Shown in pieces: positions 47,470-59,349 of a DNA stretch of 64,000 nucleotides. The notes below the pieces were generated by a model. It worked only from the letters and a program-made list of their open reading frames with translations. It did not search any database and had not been told where the DNA came from. Numbering within the stretch: the first letter of the stretch is position 1; every line of letters begins with the position of its first letter. The stretch is from Bilabrum cf. latius (Eukaryota): assembly GCA_965178125.1 (NCBI GenBank), contig OZ237750.1, forward strand, positions 372,001 to 436,000, in the 5' to 3' direction. A program made the translations under genes and the position numbers.

Positions 47470-50425
47470 ATGAGCGGGATTGCAGCTGTAGGGTTTCATG
47501 CTGCCATGATCAGCATGTCCTTCATCCTTCTGATGTCGAATGCAGCCCCATTCATATCAATTCATGAGGCACTCCTGGGGTCGATTGCCTTGGGAACCGT
47601 GTTGGGCTCCTGGATGGTATTCCTGGTAGCGTGTGTTACAGGTCATCTTGAGTGAGCACAACCCACAGCATGCTATCGCTTTTACCGGTGATTGTATGAA
47701 GCAAGTCTAGCGTTGCAGTTAATCGCGTCCCGCCCTAGACTTTGGCTTGGTCTGGTTAACCATCTGATTGTCGAATCCATGCGTCCGCGTTCAAGTTCTA
47801 CCTTGCTCCACCCACGCTCGCAGCGAAGTATCGGTCGGCTTGGCGCTTGTGATTATGGCCTTATTTGCGGCCGACCACTTCATGCCTGCCATGCGTCATG
47901 TACAAGCGGAGTTGTTCTCGCCGGCAGACCGCCTCGCGGCCGCTGCCCATGCCAAGGGCGGCAAGTCAGCAACCGCCCGGGGGCTGAACGATGGCATCAC
48001 GCGGCCCGCCGCTGCCCTCTTGTGGGTTTCTCTCATCATCATGGGGGTATTCTTCTGGCCGCTGTGGTCAACGCGGTTCCTCCCTGAGAATCCCGATGGC
48101 TCGGTGCGGTCCGGCGGGTCGTGCTGGGCTGACCTCCCAATCCACATGCACATGATGCAGGCATTTTTGGTGGGCAGGAACCAGGACATCAGCTTCTTTG
48201 GGCTGCATTCTCCCATTTTTGCGGGCCGCCCGATGTCCTACCCCTTCATCCCCGACTTCCACAGCGCCATCCTGGTCAAGCTGGGCTTCAACATGCGGTG
48301 GGGCATGCTGCTCCCGGGCTTCATGATGTTCATCTCGTGCATGGGACTTGCGTACTGCCTCGCGTATCGCGTGTCCAGGTCCTCGTTGGGCTCGCTCACG
48401 GGGTGCATCATCGTCATTTTGAGCGGCGGTGTGGGTGGGATCAACTGGCTGCTCAAGAACCCCGAGCAGGCGCCCAGCCACGACCCCATGCAGGACGACC
48501 CTAGCTCTGGGAGAGGCAACGGGTCCGTGTTCTGGTTCGCGTTTCTGCCTCACGTAATGATGCCTCAAAGGGCGGCAACATACGGGTACCCCGTGGCGCT
48601 GCTGGCGGTGATTATCACGTGGCTCAGCATCAAGTCGCAGTCCACGCTCAAGCTGGACACGAGGCGCAGGCTGCTCCTCGTGGCTGCCATCATCTGCGGG
48701 CTGCTCCCGCTCGTGCACGCCCACAGCTTCGTGTGCATGGCCGTCATCGTCGGCTCGCTGTGCCTGATGGACTTGCACGCGTACGGCGCCCAGCCCATGC
48801 AGATGACCGCCTGGCTGCCTGCGGGGGTCACCTGCCTGCTCATGTTCCTGCCGCAGTTTATGCTCATCAAAAAGATGGAGGAGGAGGACACGGGCAAGCA
48901 CACCATCGAGCCCGCGGTGATTTTCCAAGGCCACGACAAGGGAGACGTGGCGTGGGCGCTCGGCAAGGTGGGCATGGCATTTCTGGCTCGGTACATCCCG
49001 CGGTTCTGGCGAGATTTCCTGACTTTCATGTTCAGGTCGACCACATTTACGGGCCTGCTGTACTTCATTGGCGTGGCGTCGTTCATCCCGTACATCCTGG
49101 TGACCCTCCGAGCAGCCTTTGTGTACGTCAGGTCCGGAGACATCCCTGCTGGGCTCGTGGACCCGAGCATGCGCCAGGCCCTGCTGCTCGAGGCCGGCGG
49201 CCGCGCCAAGAAGGACGACGATGCCAGGAAGGCGAAGGGCGAGGGTTCCTTCGCCGACGAATCCGTGTACGTCACCAAGCTCCAGGACGTTAACAGGATC
49301 AGGAGCCGGATCTGCGCGGAGCCGAACAAGGAAGTGACTCGCTTCGATGACGTGCTCGCTGCCGCCGACATGGTGGGTCCCTCACGGCGCATCGCAGGTG
49401 CAAAGCTGGGCGTTGCGACGGTGATCCTGCTGTTTGTGGGTCTTTTTATCAAGTTCCAGCCCTGGGACAAGGACAACACGAAGCTTTACCTCTTGTGGCT
49501 GCTCATATCAGCCGGGTATGTCGGCGGCGCGGTCATGTGGCCCATCGACGCGGCGCTTGGGCCTATCCTGGACCAGGTCGCGGGTGCTGCGGACGGTGTG
49601 ATTGACAGCGTGCTTGGGACCGGAGTGATCGAGGCGTCGCCCACCAAGGAGAAGGTCGAGGACGAGACCGCTGTGGGAGGCGCGAAGGATGCAGGAGAAG
49701 CAGGGGCGCCCGATGGCAAGAGTCTCGCTGAGGCAGGTGGCAGCTCTGGCCTCCGCGTCCGTGCGAATCGCAAAGCAGGGCTGGGTAGCGGCGGCAAAGA
49801 GGGGGAGGCGGATGACGCCGGCAGCGACGGGAAAGATTCCAAGGCAGAGGGAGCGAGTCCGGGCGCCAAGCCGGGCACGGGCAAGGCTCCCGGCGGGCCC
49901 AGCATCGTGTTCCGGGGAGTGTACCTCCTCCTTGGCCTGTGCGGGGTCGCACTCGCCGCCGTTTCGTGCGTCTCTGGCTGGATGAGCATCGAGCGCGAGT
50001 TCCGCATGGACCACGAGCTGTACGGCAACGACGAGAAGGACATGGCCAAGTACCTCATCGAGCACGTCTCGCCCAAGGCCGTGGTTGTGCACCAGAACAA
50101 CCACCGCGCACTCTCGGGCATGCTGGCGGGGAAGCCCTCTCTCGTTGCGTACGACGGCTGGATGTGGTCGCACGGTTACAACTACGGGGATCGGCACACG
50201 GACCGCAACATTATCGTGGACCACCTGGTCAAGGATTCGGACCCAGAGAACTACCAGAGGATGAGGCGCTGGGGAGCGAGGTACGTCCTTTCGGAGGGTC
50301 CGTACCACTGGCCAACGGAGCGCAAGGACCCCAGCGTGTTCCTCGACGGCAAGCTCAAGCGGGTGCACCAGTCGGGGCGCTACGAGCTGTTCGAGGTCCT
50401 CGGCTACGGGTTCGAGCCGACATGA
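47470..50425 (+). CDS. Polytopic membrane protein, probable GT-C-fold glycosyltransferase
   Basis: Many TM helices; loop WADLPIH...AFLVG...PIFAGRPMSYPFIPDF, PQRA, LLPLVHAHSF, FQPWDKDNTKL and C-terminal LAGK...YDGWMWSHGY. Intron 47652-47823; no TAG; TGA stop. Confidence 0.7.
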
Positions 50426-50846
50426 GCGAGCAGTTGGTTGGAAGGTCGAAGGGAGGAAGAGGTTGTGTGGTACACGATGGAGACCTAGGGCTTTCTTCGA
50501 TCTGATTTGTCCAGGTGGGTTGGCGCGCAGTTGGCAGAACCTGTTGGGCTTGTGTTTGCCCTAGCCAGCAGTTGGTGGATTTTGAGATGGGTGAGATGCG
50601 CAAGAGCATGATACTTAACCAACTTCACGAAAAGGCACCCTAGCGTGCACGCATTTGCATAATTCGGTCTGGATTCCAGACTCAGCATTGGTCTAACCCG
50701 CCCAACCCCTCGTGATTCGATGTGAGTCTGGTCCTTGAGCAGAAACCCGTTGCGCGGCGCCCAACGACTGCAAGAATACTGGCAGCCGAAGACCACTGAC
50801 CCGGTTCATAGACCATCCACTGCAATCGAAAACACCAAAAGCCTCC

Positions 50847-52181
50847 TCAATCTCCTCCAGCCCGGTGGTTGTCGACCTCCTTGAAGCAGGGCGGCACGGG
50901 GCGCGTGCCGCCGGTCGCGATGCCCTGGGTGGCCTCGCAGATGTAGTACTTGTCCCCCAATGGATTTAGGCTGGGGTTGTTCACCACCACGTTGTCGAAT
51001 AGGACGCCCTCCATGACGTTGGTCTGGTTCCCAAGGATTACACCAGGGCTCGTGGAGCCCCCGTTGACGGTGATATCCCTGAGAGTTATGTTGCTCCAGG
51101 TCATCTCCGAAGGGACGGGGCACGGCAAATCAGGGTCATCCGGCCACAGGAGGTTGCAGGCACCCCCGTAGAATGCCTGCTGCGGCCCGATCCAGATGGA
51201 CCACTAGCTCGCGTTGTTGATGGTGATGTTCTGGAACAGCACGTCTGTGATCTCGCCCGTGTCTGTGGGGTTGTCCGTCGGCCTCGATTTCATGTAGATC
51301 CCCTTGAATGTGTTCACCATCTCAGAGTCCCTGAAAGTGATGTTCTTCACGCACGTGTGGTGCGCCGAAGGTCCAATGGAGCCGATCGTGAGGCCCACTC
51401 CCGAGGCGTTCACCCGCTCCACCAGCCAGTTCTCGGAGCACTTCGCTCGCTTTGCGGTGGCGTCGAGTTCCTTGACACACACACAGTCGTCGTCATTCCA
51501 GACCGTGACATCGTGCACGTAAACGTTCGCCCCAGCGATGTCGAAACCGTCCGTATTGAATGCCCCGATATCGTCCAGGTCGTGGTAACTGGCGTTGTCG
51601 CGGTGCACTTCGATCGCACTGTCACGAATTTCAATCCCATTAATATCGTGAGCATAAAATGTCCAGTATGGGCTCTGTCGCAGCAGCAGGTTCTCAACAA
51701 GCAGGTTCCCGGCGTCCTCAATGTGCATGAGGCGCGGGCGGTTTTCGCCAATGATCAAATAGCTTATGTATCCCCACCACGGCTCACCGTTGCCGTCAAG
51801 TGTTCCTGTTCCAGACGATGTAAACGTGACATTGTCCAGATTCTCAAAATACATGCATTCCTTGACCTTGCCATCGGGCGTCGGCGTGAAGCGCGGCCAA
51901 GCTGTTTGGTTGTTTTGCCATTTCAGAGTGCCGTCAATCATGAAGGTGGCATCACTGATATTGTAGCCTTCAACGCCTCCGTTGAACCAGAACGTTTCGT
52001 TCGGCACAAGCAACGTGTCCCCCGGAGCAAGCTGGGCCAGGCCGACATTTAGCTTTGCGGTGTTTTGATTGCACACGCCCAGACCATCGTCGCCGGCAAC
52101 CACACCTAGATCACGCGCAATGTCAATTGTTCGGCCATATGTTGACCCAAAGAGAAGCGCTCCGATGGCAGCTATCCTCAT
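50847..52181 (-). CDS. GH28 polygalacturonase-like glycoside hydrolase
   Basis: Signal peptide; DGNGEPWW, RPRL, SPYW, NTDGFD, NDDDC, GLTIGSIG and GIYMKS. TAG 51204-51206 within NNAS*WSIWIGPQQ; TGA 50847-50849. Confidence 0.9.
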
Positions 52182-52310
52182 GATACGCAACAGAAATGAA
52201 TGCTCGACCGCTGGGCGAACCTAGAGGGAACCTTCGCTGCCTCTGCGCAAGCACAATAGTCTACGTGTCTTCGCTTGGAATGCTGCAAATACTTGTAACC
52301 CTCCAAACAA

Positions 52311-53492
52311 TCACAGCTCCTGTCTCCCCCCTGCGGCCCCCGAATCATCACTGGTCACGGTCGCGTCCCCGAGAGTCGCCTCGTGGCCCCTCTGCTCGGG
52401 CACCTTTGCGTCGCCTGCCTTCATCGATTTGCTCTCCTCCTCATTCGCACTCCGCGCGCATCGAATCCCGACATTGTAAGCGGACGAGTTCGCGGTGTTC
52501 TGGGTGCGGGCAGCCACGCGGTACCTGTAGCAGTAGTCCTTGTGGCACAGAAAGGAGCCCCCTTTCTTAGTCATCTTGACCTCGCCGGGGTCGCTGGGGT
52601 CAGGGCCTCTGCAGTCTGCGGGGAGTGGCCTGTCGTCCACTTTCCTGCACCACCTGTCGCTCGTCCACTCCCACACGTTTCCAGAGACGTGGTGCAGCCC
52701 CCACTTGTTCTGGGGCGGCAGGGCATCAACGGGGGCCGTCCACTTGTGGCCGTCTTCTACCGTGTTGTTCGCAGGGAACTTTCCTTGCCAGATGTTCGTC
52801 CTGAACTCCCCCCGTGGCATCAGTTTGTTCCCCCAGGGATACAGCCGGTCCTCCTTTCCCCCCCTCGCCGCCCGCTCCCACTCTGCCTCGGTGGGCAGGC
52901 GTCCCCCCGGCCGGGACCAGCGGCAGAACTCGGCGGCGTCTTTCAGCGATACATGCAGCACGGGGTGGTACTCGCGGTGACTTGTCCACACGTCGGAGTC
53001 GTTTCCTTCGGGGGAGTACCAGAACGCGTTCGGCACGGGCAGCCACCACGGCACCTGCGCGACCGCCTGATCGATCGACTTCGAAACTGCTTCGCTGAGC
53101 GCAAGCTCGTGCACAAAGGACCAGCCGTAGCTTTCGGCCTCAGTTTCATAGCCTGTAGCTTGGACAAACTCCTTGAAGCGCTCGTTGGTCACCTCGTACT
53201 TGTCGATGAAGAAAGGTTCCACCTCGGTCTTGGCGGCTGGTCCCTCTGCATCCTACTTAAACCATTCCTAATCTGTTCCAGCGCGATACACACCGCCAGG
53301 AATAAACACCTCTTCCTGCAAGTCAAGTGGCACCGATGAAATGGAATTCAAAACTCTGCTTGGGTCAGCAAGTGCAGACGTGCGGGTGACAGGTAGCAGA
53401 TGCGATTTCTTTTTGGCTGGTCTCACCTCGAACTTTGCTGCACTGGACAGCACAGTTCCATAGACGAGTAGAGCACTCATTTGGGACAACAT
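52311..53492 (-). CDS. SUMF1: Formylglycine-generating enzyme (sulfatase-modifying factor 1)
   Basis: GTD*EWFK*DAEGP, FFIDKYEVTN, WWLPV, RLPTEAEWE, GNVWEW and KGGSFLCHKDYCYRYRVAAR with both catalytic Cys. TAGs at 53268 and 53253; TGA stop. Confidence 0.95.
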
Positions 53493-53615
53493 TACAAGGC
53501 TGTCCAACACCTCCAATCCAACTAAGTGAGCCTCTGGTCTGAGAGAGACTGCCAAACCGGAAGCAGACGCTCTGCTGTGGTCGACATGGTACGTGCACGG
53601 CGTCACGGGCTCAGC

Positions 53616-55830
53616 TCACAATTTCGCCTGGTAGCTTGGCCTCCTCGCCGGCTTGTACGGCCCTGACGAGCCCAGCGCGATGCTCTCGGCACCTAGCCCT
53701 CCTTCTGCTCGAGGTGCGCCGCCCACTCCCACGCCCACTCCCATCCGGCTGAAGGGCAGCGTGGTCACCCTGGCCAGCGAACTCGCCAAGACGTACTGAA
53801 GGAACGTTCGCTACCTCCCGTGCACGTACGGCTGCCTTGCTGGCAAGATGGAGCCAAGCACCGGGGGAGGGACCCACCATTCGGTTGCAACCGGCGCGGC
53901 AGCCCCGCGGCTCAAGGCGGAGCACAGGCGCTCCGCGGTGCCAGCCGGGCTGCCGTCATCGTCGCACGCAAAGAAGCGAGCTAGCAGGTAGCAGACGGTG
54001 CCCACCGCATCCACGTTGATAGGATGATTCCCCCCCTTGATCCAGAACCCTGTTCCCTGCGTGAATCCGCGGAGCATCTGCTGAGGCGTTTCAATCCGGT
54101 AGGCCTCCTTCATCATCACAGGACGGGGGGACAGGTGCGCCCCCTCGCCGCCACCACTGGGCGGCGCTGCTGAAGGGCCACTCGTCACATTACCAAATGC
54201 ACTCGTCACACCAGATTTGGACCGCTTCCCCATGGGGGCACCGACCGGCTCGAGATCGTGGCAGTACTGGGACGGGTCCCGCGTGCCGATCGGGACGGGC
54301 GGAAATGGAGAGTGAAGGTCGTCGTCTGTTCCCCAGAGAACAAGCGATGGCCTCGTTACGGGTCTAGGCAGCTTCCCGTGGTACGCGTCGTGCTCGAGGG
54401 TGGCTATCTGCCGCATCACGCCGGAAGACGCCGCGATCTGGAAGAGCGCATGCGCTGAGAGGCTGGCAGCCAGCTGGGGAAGACGCTTCCTCAGCATCGC
54501 CTCCACGGCAGAGGCACCGAACATGAGGCTCGCTGACCGAAGCATCCTGTACCTGTGGAACCCCGCGGGGCACAGGAGACCCAGCCTGCGAATGAGGTCG
54601 GGCCTCCTGCTGCCGAGAAGGGTGGACAAATAGCCCCCGTATGAGTGCCCGATGAGGTCCACCTGTCTGTGCCCTTCCCGCCCCAGCTGGCGGACGATCG
54701 ACCGACCGAGCGCAGTCGGCGCATCCTAGCTTGCTCTGCCGGCCGATGCACTCGTCACACGCGGACTGCCAGTACTCCGCCGGCCGAGCAAGGTCTCGAT
54801 CAGGTGCTCGATGGACTGCGCCTGCTCAGTCCAGCCGGGCAGCTTTCGTGCCGTTCTTGCACTCGGTGTCAGGTGCTTGCCACGCGCCGACTCGGAGCCA
54901 GAACCCAAACCCATCGCTGAAGCTTCCTTCTACTCCACGGAGTCGTCTTGCTCGCCTCCCGCCTGTCCCCTCGATGGGATGGAATGCGCGAAATCGAAGC
55001 CAAGCAGGTCGGGCACCAGCACGGTCCTGTCGGGGAAGGCAGCGGCGAGAAGCGCGGCCACGAGTAGCATTGACTGAGCCGTGGTGAACAGCCCATGCAC
55101 CACCACAATGGGCGGCCCGCCCTACGGCAGGGGGTAAGGAGAAGCGGACTCGGGTTTCAGTCTCGCACCTGCCCTAGCAGCAATCCCACCAGCCCTGCCT
55201 GCCATGGATCGAGCAACGTACATGTGAAATATCCCGTGCCCTTGCACCGGTACATAGGCATGCTCCAGGCCAAGCAATGGGCTGATCGAGCGCACGGCTT
55301 CCGCAGCTGCTGCCATCGTCCACCGGGTGGCCGGCGGCATGGGTGAGTGCAGCTGCCAGATCGGCTTGGCATCAGGGAGGCGGGGGGGCGACAAAAAAGG
55401 CACGAGCGCGCGCGCTTGCAGCACACGAAGCGTAGGTCTGCGACGTACGGTGGTGGGGGGCTTCCCATCGCGCGCACCGGCGGATCTTGGGACCGAACCC
55501 TGCGGCGATGCCAAGTCCCGAGCACTGCTGCCGGCGGGGGCATCGTGAAGCCGCTGCCATTCTTGGGCTGCACTGGCAACCGCTTGTTGCGCCTTGAATC
55601 CCAGCAAGAGCTGCACGCCAAGACCATCCAGCACGGACCGAGCAATCGAGCGGCATTGCTGCTCGGACCAGTGGTGCCCCGTGGGACTCTAGGCTTCCCT
55701 TGGAAACCGGATACAGAGGCATCTGCGAACAGCTTCAGTCAAGTCGTCTTCTCCCAGGGCCCACCTTCCGCTCCTTTGCACCGTATCGTCCACTAGAGCA
55801 TCCATTAGCTCCTAGCACACTTGAATGAGG
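53616..55830 (-). CDS. Alpha/beta hydrolase with C-terminal PTS1 (-AKL); 5' end unresolved
   Basis: PIVVVHG, VLVPDLLG, GHSYGG nucleophile elbow, VLWGTDD and GNH. One frame through TAGs at ~55812, ~55690, 55122, 54726 and 53811 to ...SYQAKL-TGA. Further 5' exons probably lie above 55830. Confidence 0.8.
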
Positions 55831-56771
55831 CCTAAACTTGGAAACAATACACGCCAACCGGGGGAAGAGCTGCCTAGTTGCCGAAATCCTTTGCCATACA
55901 AAGTCATTTCCAATGCAGTCGCGTGGGGATGCTCACCAGCCACTGCGTGCAGGGCATGCTCAAGCTAATGAGATTTTGTAAAGTGCTGCCGCGGTCCTGC
56001 AAGCGTCTTTAGCAAAATTCGCGATGTTTGTTGCCTGTTTATAGACATAGATACAAGTTGCTTCGTCGATGATCCAAATTTCCTCCTATCTGGAGCTACT
56101 GGTGCAGATTTCTGGCCTCAGGTCTGAAGATTCGGAGCTGAATCATTGCCGACCCATCGACGTGGCCTGCTGTGCACCCGTTCGGAAGAAGAGCAGACGC
56201 ATTGACCGGCAGATTTTGGCAGTCCAATGGGCGAACAAGATGCAGGGTGCTCTGCTCAGAATACTAATGCTGCTTCAATGGCTGCTGCGTGGCGCACTGT
56301 ACGATGGCGCGGAGCTTCAGGTTCGGAACGAGTAGCGTGTGGAAACGACGGAAATACTGGTAAACAGCGACCTGTTTCCCCCTGGCCAGATTTGACTTGG
56401 AAACTAACCATGCCGAGGAGAACTAGAGGAAGTCGATCGAAGAACAAGAAGCCATCAGGCACGAGCGAGTCAAAGGCCGGTGTAAGCATTGTGGGGTGTT
56501 GGGAATACCACGGCACGTCGCCAGCGAACGACATGAAGTTACTTTCGATACCGTGGCTGGCAACTCGCATATTACGCCCCAAGAAGCATTGCATTTATTG
56601 ATGTTTACAGCATTGGTGATTCGCGCTTGCGTAGGAATCAATGGATAGATTTGATCCTGACATCGAGTTCCAAGCTGAGCCAACCGATCTACGCCCAGGT
56701 CTTCGTCGCAGGCTGATAAAACCGATGCAGCGTAGCCTCTTGTAGGTGCAGGGGAGTCTGCGCCTGTTGCA

Positions 56772-59225
56772 ATGCCATCTCTTGGCAAGCCAGTGATGGA
56801 TCCGCAATCTCAGCTGAAGCGGTCAGGTTCTGCTTGGGGCAGCTCCAGCCTAAAGGCCAAAATGGCAACCAGCCGCTCCACCACACCGCAGTCGCAGCGA
56901 AGTGTGGCAGACAGCATCGCTATGGAGTCCCCAGCGCGTGCAGCGAGCGCAAATTTGACGCACCTCAGCCCGGCCGGCCCGAGCCCGGCGCGCGCCACAC
57001 CCGCCATTCCAAAGAGCAGGGAAATCGACATTCACGGCGTGGATGGCCTCACCGGAAGCGCGAATAAATCTCGCAGCTCCACTCGCCATTCGTCACCCTC
57101 GGCTCAACTGCCCCAGGGACGCTCGCCAGCGCAGCAGCTGGACCACGCCGAGAGGCTTGCGAGGATCGCCACGGGCACTTCCTCGGACCTCAGAGAGGCA
57201 GCGGGGCTGGGCGAGAGCTCCGCTGCCCCCGACATGGACAGCATCATCGACATGCCCCTCGGGGCAGGCACGCCCCCTCGGCGCAGCACCGCCCCTGCAC
57301 CGCCCGCAGCTGACACCCTGAGCTCCCCCCCTGCGGCAGGCCTCGCAAGCGTCCCCCCAGGACTCGGTGTGTCTGCCGGCGCCGATGCTCTGCGAAGCGA
57401 AGACGCCGAGCACATCCAGAACTTGTCAGACATGGTCAAGACTTTGCAGAGCGACCTGGTCTAGCACAAGGCGAGGGTGCAGAAAGCAGAAGATGCAGCC
57501 GCTGATGCGGACCAGCAGCTTCGGGAGGCGGAGCAGAGGGCAGAAGCGGCGGAAAAGGCGGAGGAACAGGCAGAGGATCAGCTCCAGCAGATTAAGGAAC
57601 AGCTCAAACGTGCGTAGGCTGAAGCAGAGGCAGCCAAGCAGGAGCAGGCCAGATCTGGAGACTCTGCAGAATAGGCAGCTGCAGCCGAACAAGAGCTGGC
57701 GCAGGTCAAGCAACAGCTACAGGATGCCCTGGACACCGCATCAGGAACGGCCGATGCGGAGCAGCAGCTGGATGATGCAAAGAAGCTGGTTGAGTCGCTC
57801 AAGGAGGAACTGTTGGCAGCGCAGTCCGCTCGGGACGAGGCCAAAGAAGCTCACTCCGAGGCGTAGCAGGCCGCCAGCGATGCTTCGGCTGAGGCAGCCG
57901 AGGCAACGGCAAAGAGCAGTGGGTTGGAGGAGCAGCTGAAGCAGCTCAAGGACGAGCGGGACCAGCTGGCATCAAGCGAAAAGCGTGCTTTGGAGCAGGC
58001 GGAATCCGCCGAGGCTGCCGCGGCCGAGCTGAGACGCAGGGCCGAAGAGGCGGAGGAGGCGCTGAGAGAGAAAGAGCGGGAGCAGGCCTCGGCCGCCACC
58101 TCGGGAAATGATGCGGTGGCTGCAGCTCGCGCCGAGGCGCAGGCAGCGAGGGACGAGCGGGATAGCGCGCACGCTCTCGTGCAGGAGAGCCAGGAGGCCG
58201 CGCGACGCGCCGAGGCTGCGCTCGATGAGGCACAGGCAGCGCTCGGTCAGAAGGAAAGGGACCTTGAAGGGATGCAGAAGGAGAGGAACGCTGCTCGTTC
58301 AGCTCTAGATGCGGCGCAGGACGAGGCGACGAGCCTCAGGGTCCAGCTGGACAGCCTGAAGGCTTCCTCCGAGGCTCAGCGCGCCCAGCTGGTGGAGGAG
58401 CACGCGAGCAGGGAGGCCCGGATCGAGTAGCAGCTCGAGAGCTTGCGGTCCATGGCAACGCACAGCGACAGCGAGACCAAGCAGCAGGCGGCTGCTGACG
58501 TCAAGCGCGCGGAGGAGGCAGCGGAGAAGGCGGAGCAGCAGCTGGACAAGACGCGGGCAGAGCTGAGGGCCGTGAAGGAGCAGCTATCCGCGGCGACAAG
58601 CGGTGCCAAGTCCAGCAGCGACGATGTGGGCCGCCTCGAGGAGCAGCTGCGCGACGCTCGCGCAACCCTTGACTCCGAGCGGAGCAGGCTGGAGGGCCAG
58701 GTGAAGCAGACGGAAGCCGAGCTGGAGTCGGCGAGGCGCACCGCGGATGAAGCCAACCGGAGCAGCGACCGGGCCCTTGAGACGCTGCAGGGCGTAGAGA
58801 AGGAGAGGAACAGTCTCATGGAACACGTGCAGACCCTGCTGGCTTCGTCAAAGGCAATGGAGGCGCGACTGGAGGAGGCAGAGAGGGCGAGGGACGGACA
58901 GAGCGGGAAGGCGGCAGAGGGCGCACGCGCCGCGCATGCGGCCGCCGACAAGTTGGTGGCCCAGCGAGACAGCCTGCAGTCGCAGGTGACTGGGCTGCGG
59001 GCACAGCTGGCTAGGGCGGAGCAGGAGGCAAAGCAGGCCACGGCCAAAGCAAAGCAGCTGGAATCGCAGAGCTTGCAAGCGAGCGGCGGAGCGGAGCAAG
59101 CTGTGAGCGGAGGCTACGTCAAGTGGGCCACTTTGGGCGCCGTGGGTGGCGCTCTAGCGGGTGGTGCTGCCACGGTTGCTTTCGGATTTATGTAGGGAAA
59201 GCTGCGCAACAGCGGGGGCAGATGA
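56772..59225 (+). CDS. Long coiled-coil tail-anchored membrane protein (golgin-like architecture)
   Basis: E/Q/A/R-rich heptad region continuous through TAGs at 57462, 57615, 57672, 57864, 58428 and 59193. C-terminal TM WATLGAVGGALAGGAATVAFGFM, then short basic tail; TGA 59223-59225. Start codon uncertain. Confidence 0.75.
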
Positions 59226-59349
59226 TGTGCGGTTGCTTTTCGGGCGATTGTACAGACATGCCAAAAAATTTAAAAACCACAAGTTCTCTTTTGAGTGGAT
59301 TCATCGCAAGATCACTGATACCGGCAGCAACCAGGGTTAGGGCAACCGC

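Noticed and set aside
55831-56771. Separate gene between the hydrolase and the coiled-coil gene
   Set aside because: I could not build a consistent exon chain. It probably holds hydrolase 5' exons and promoters, so it is left uncalled.
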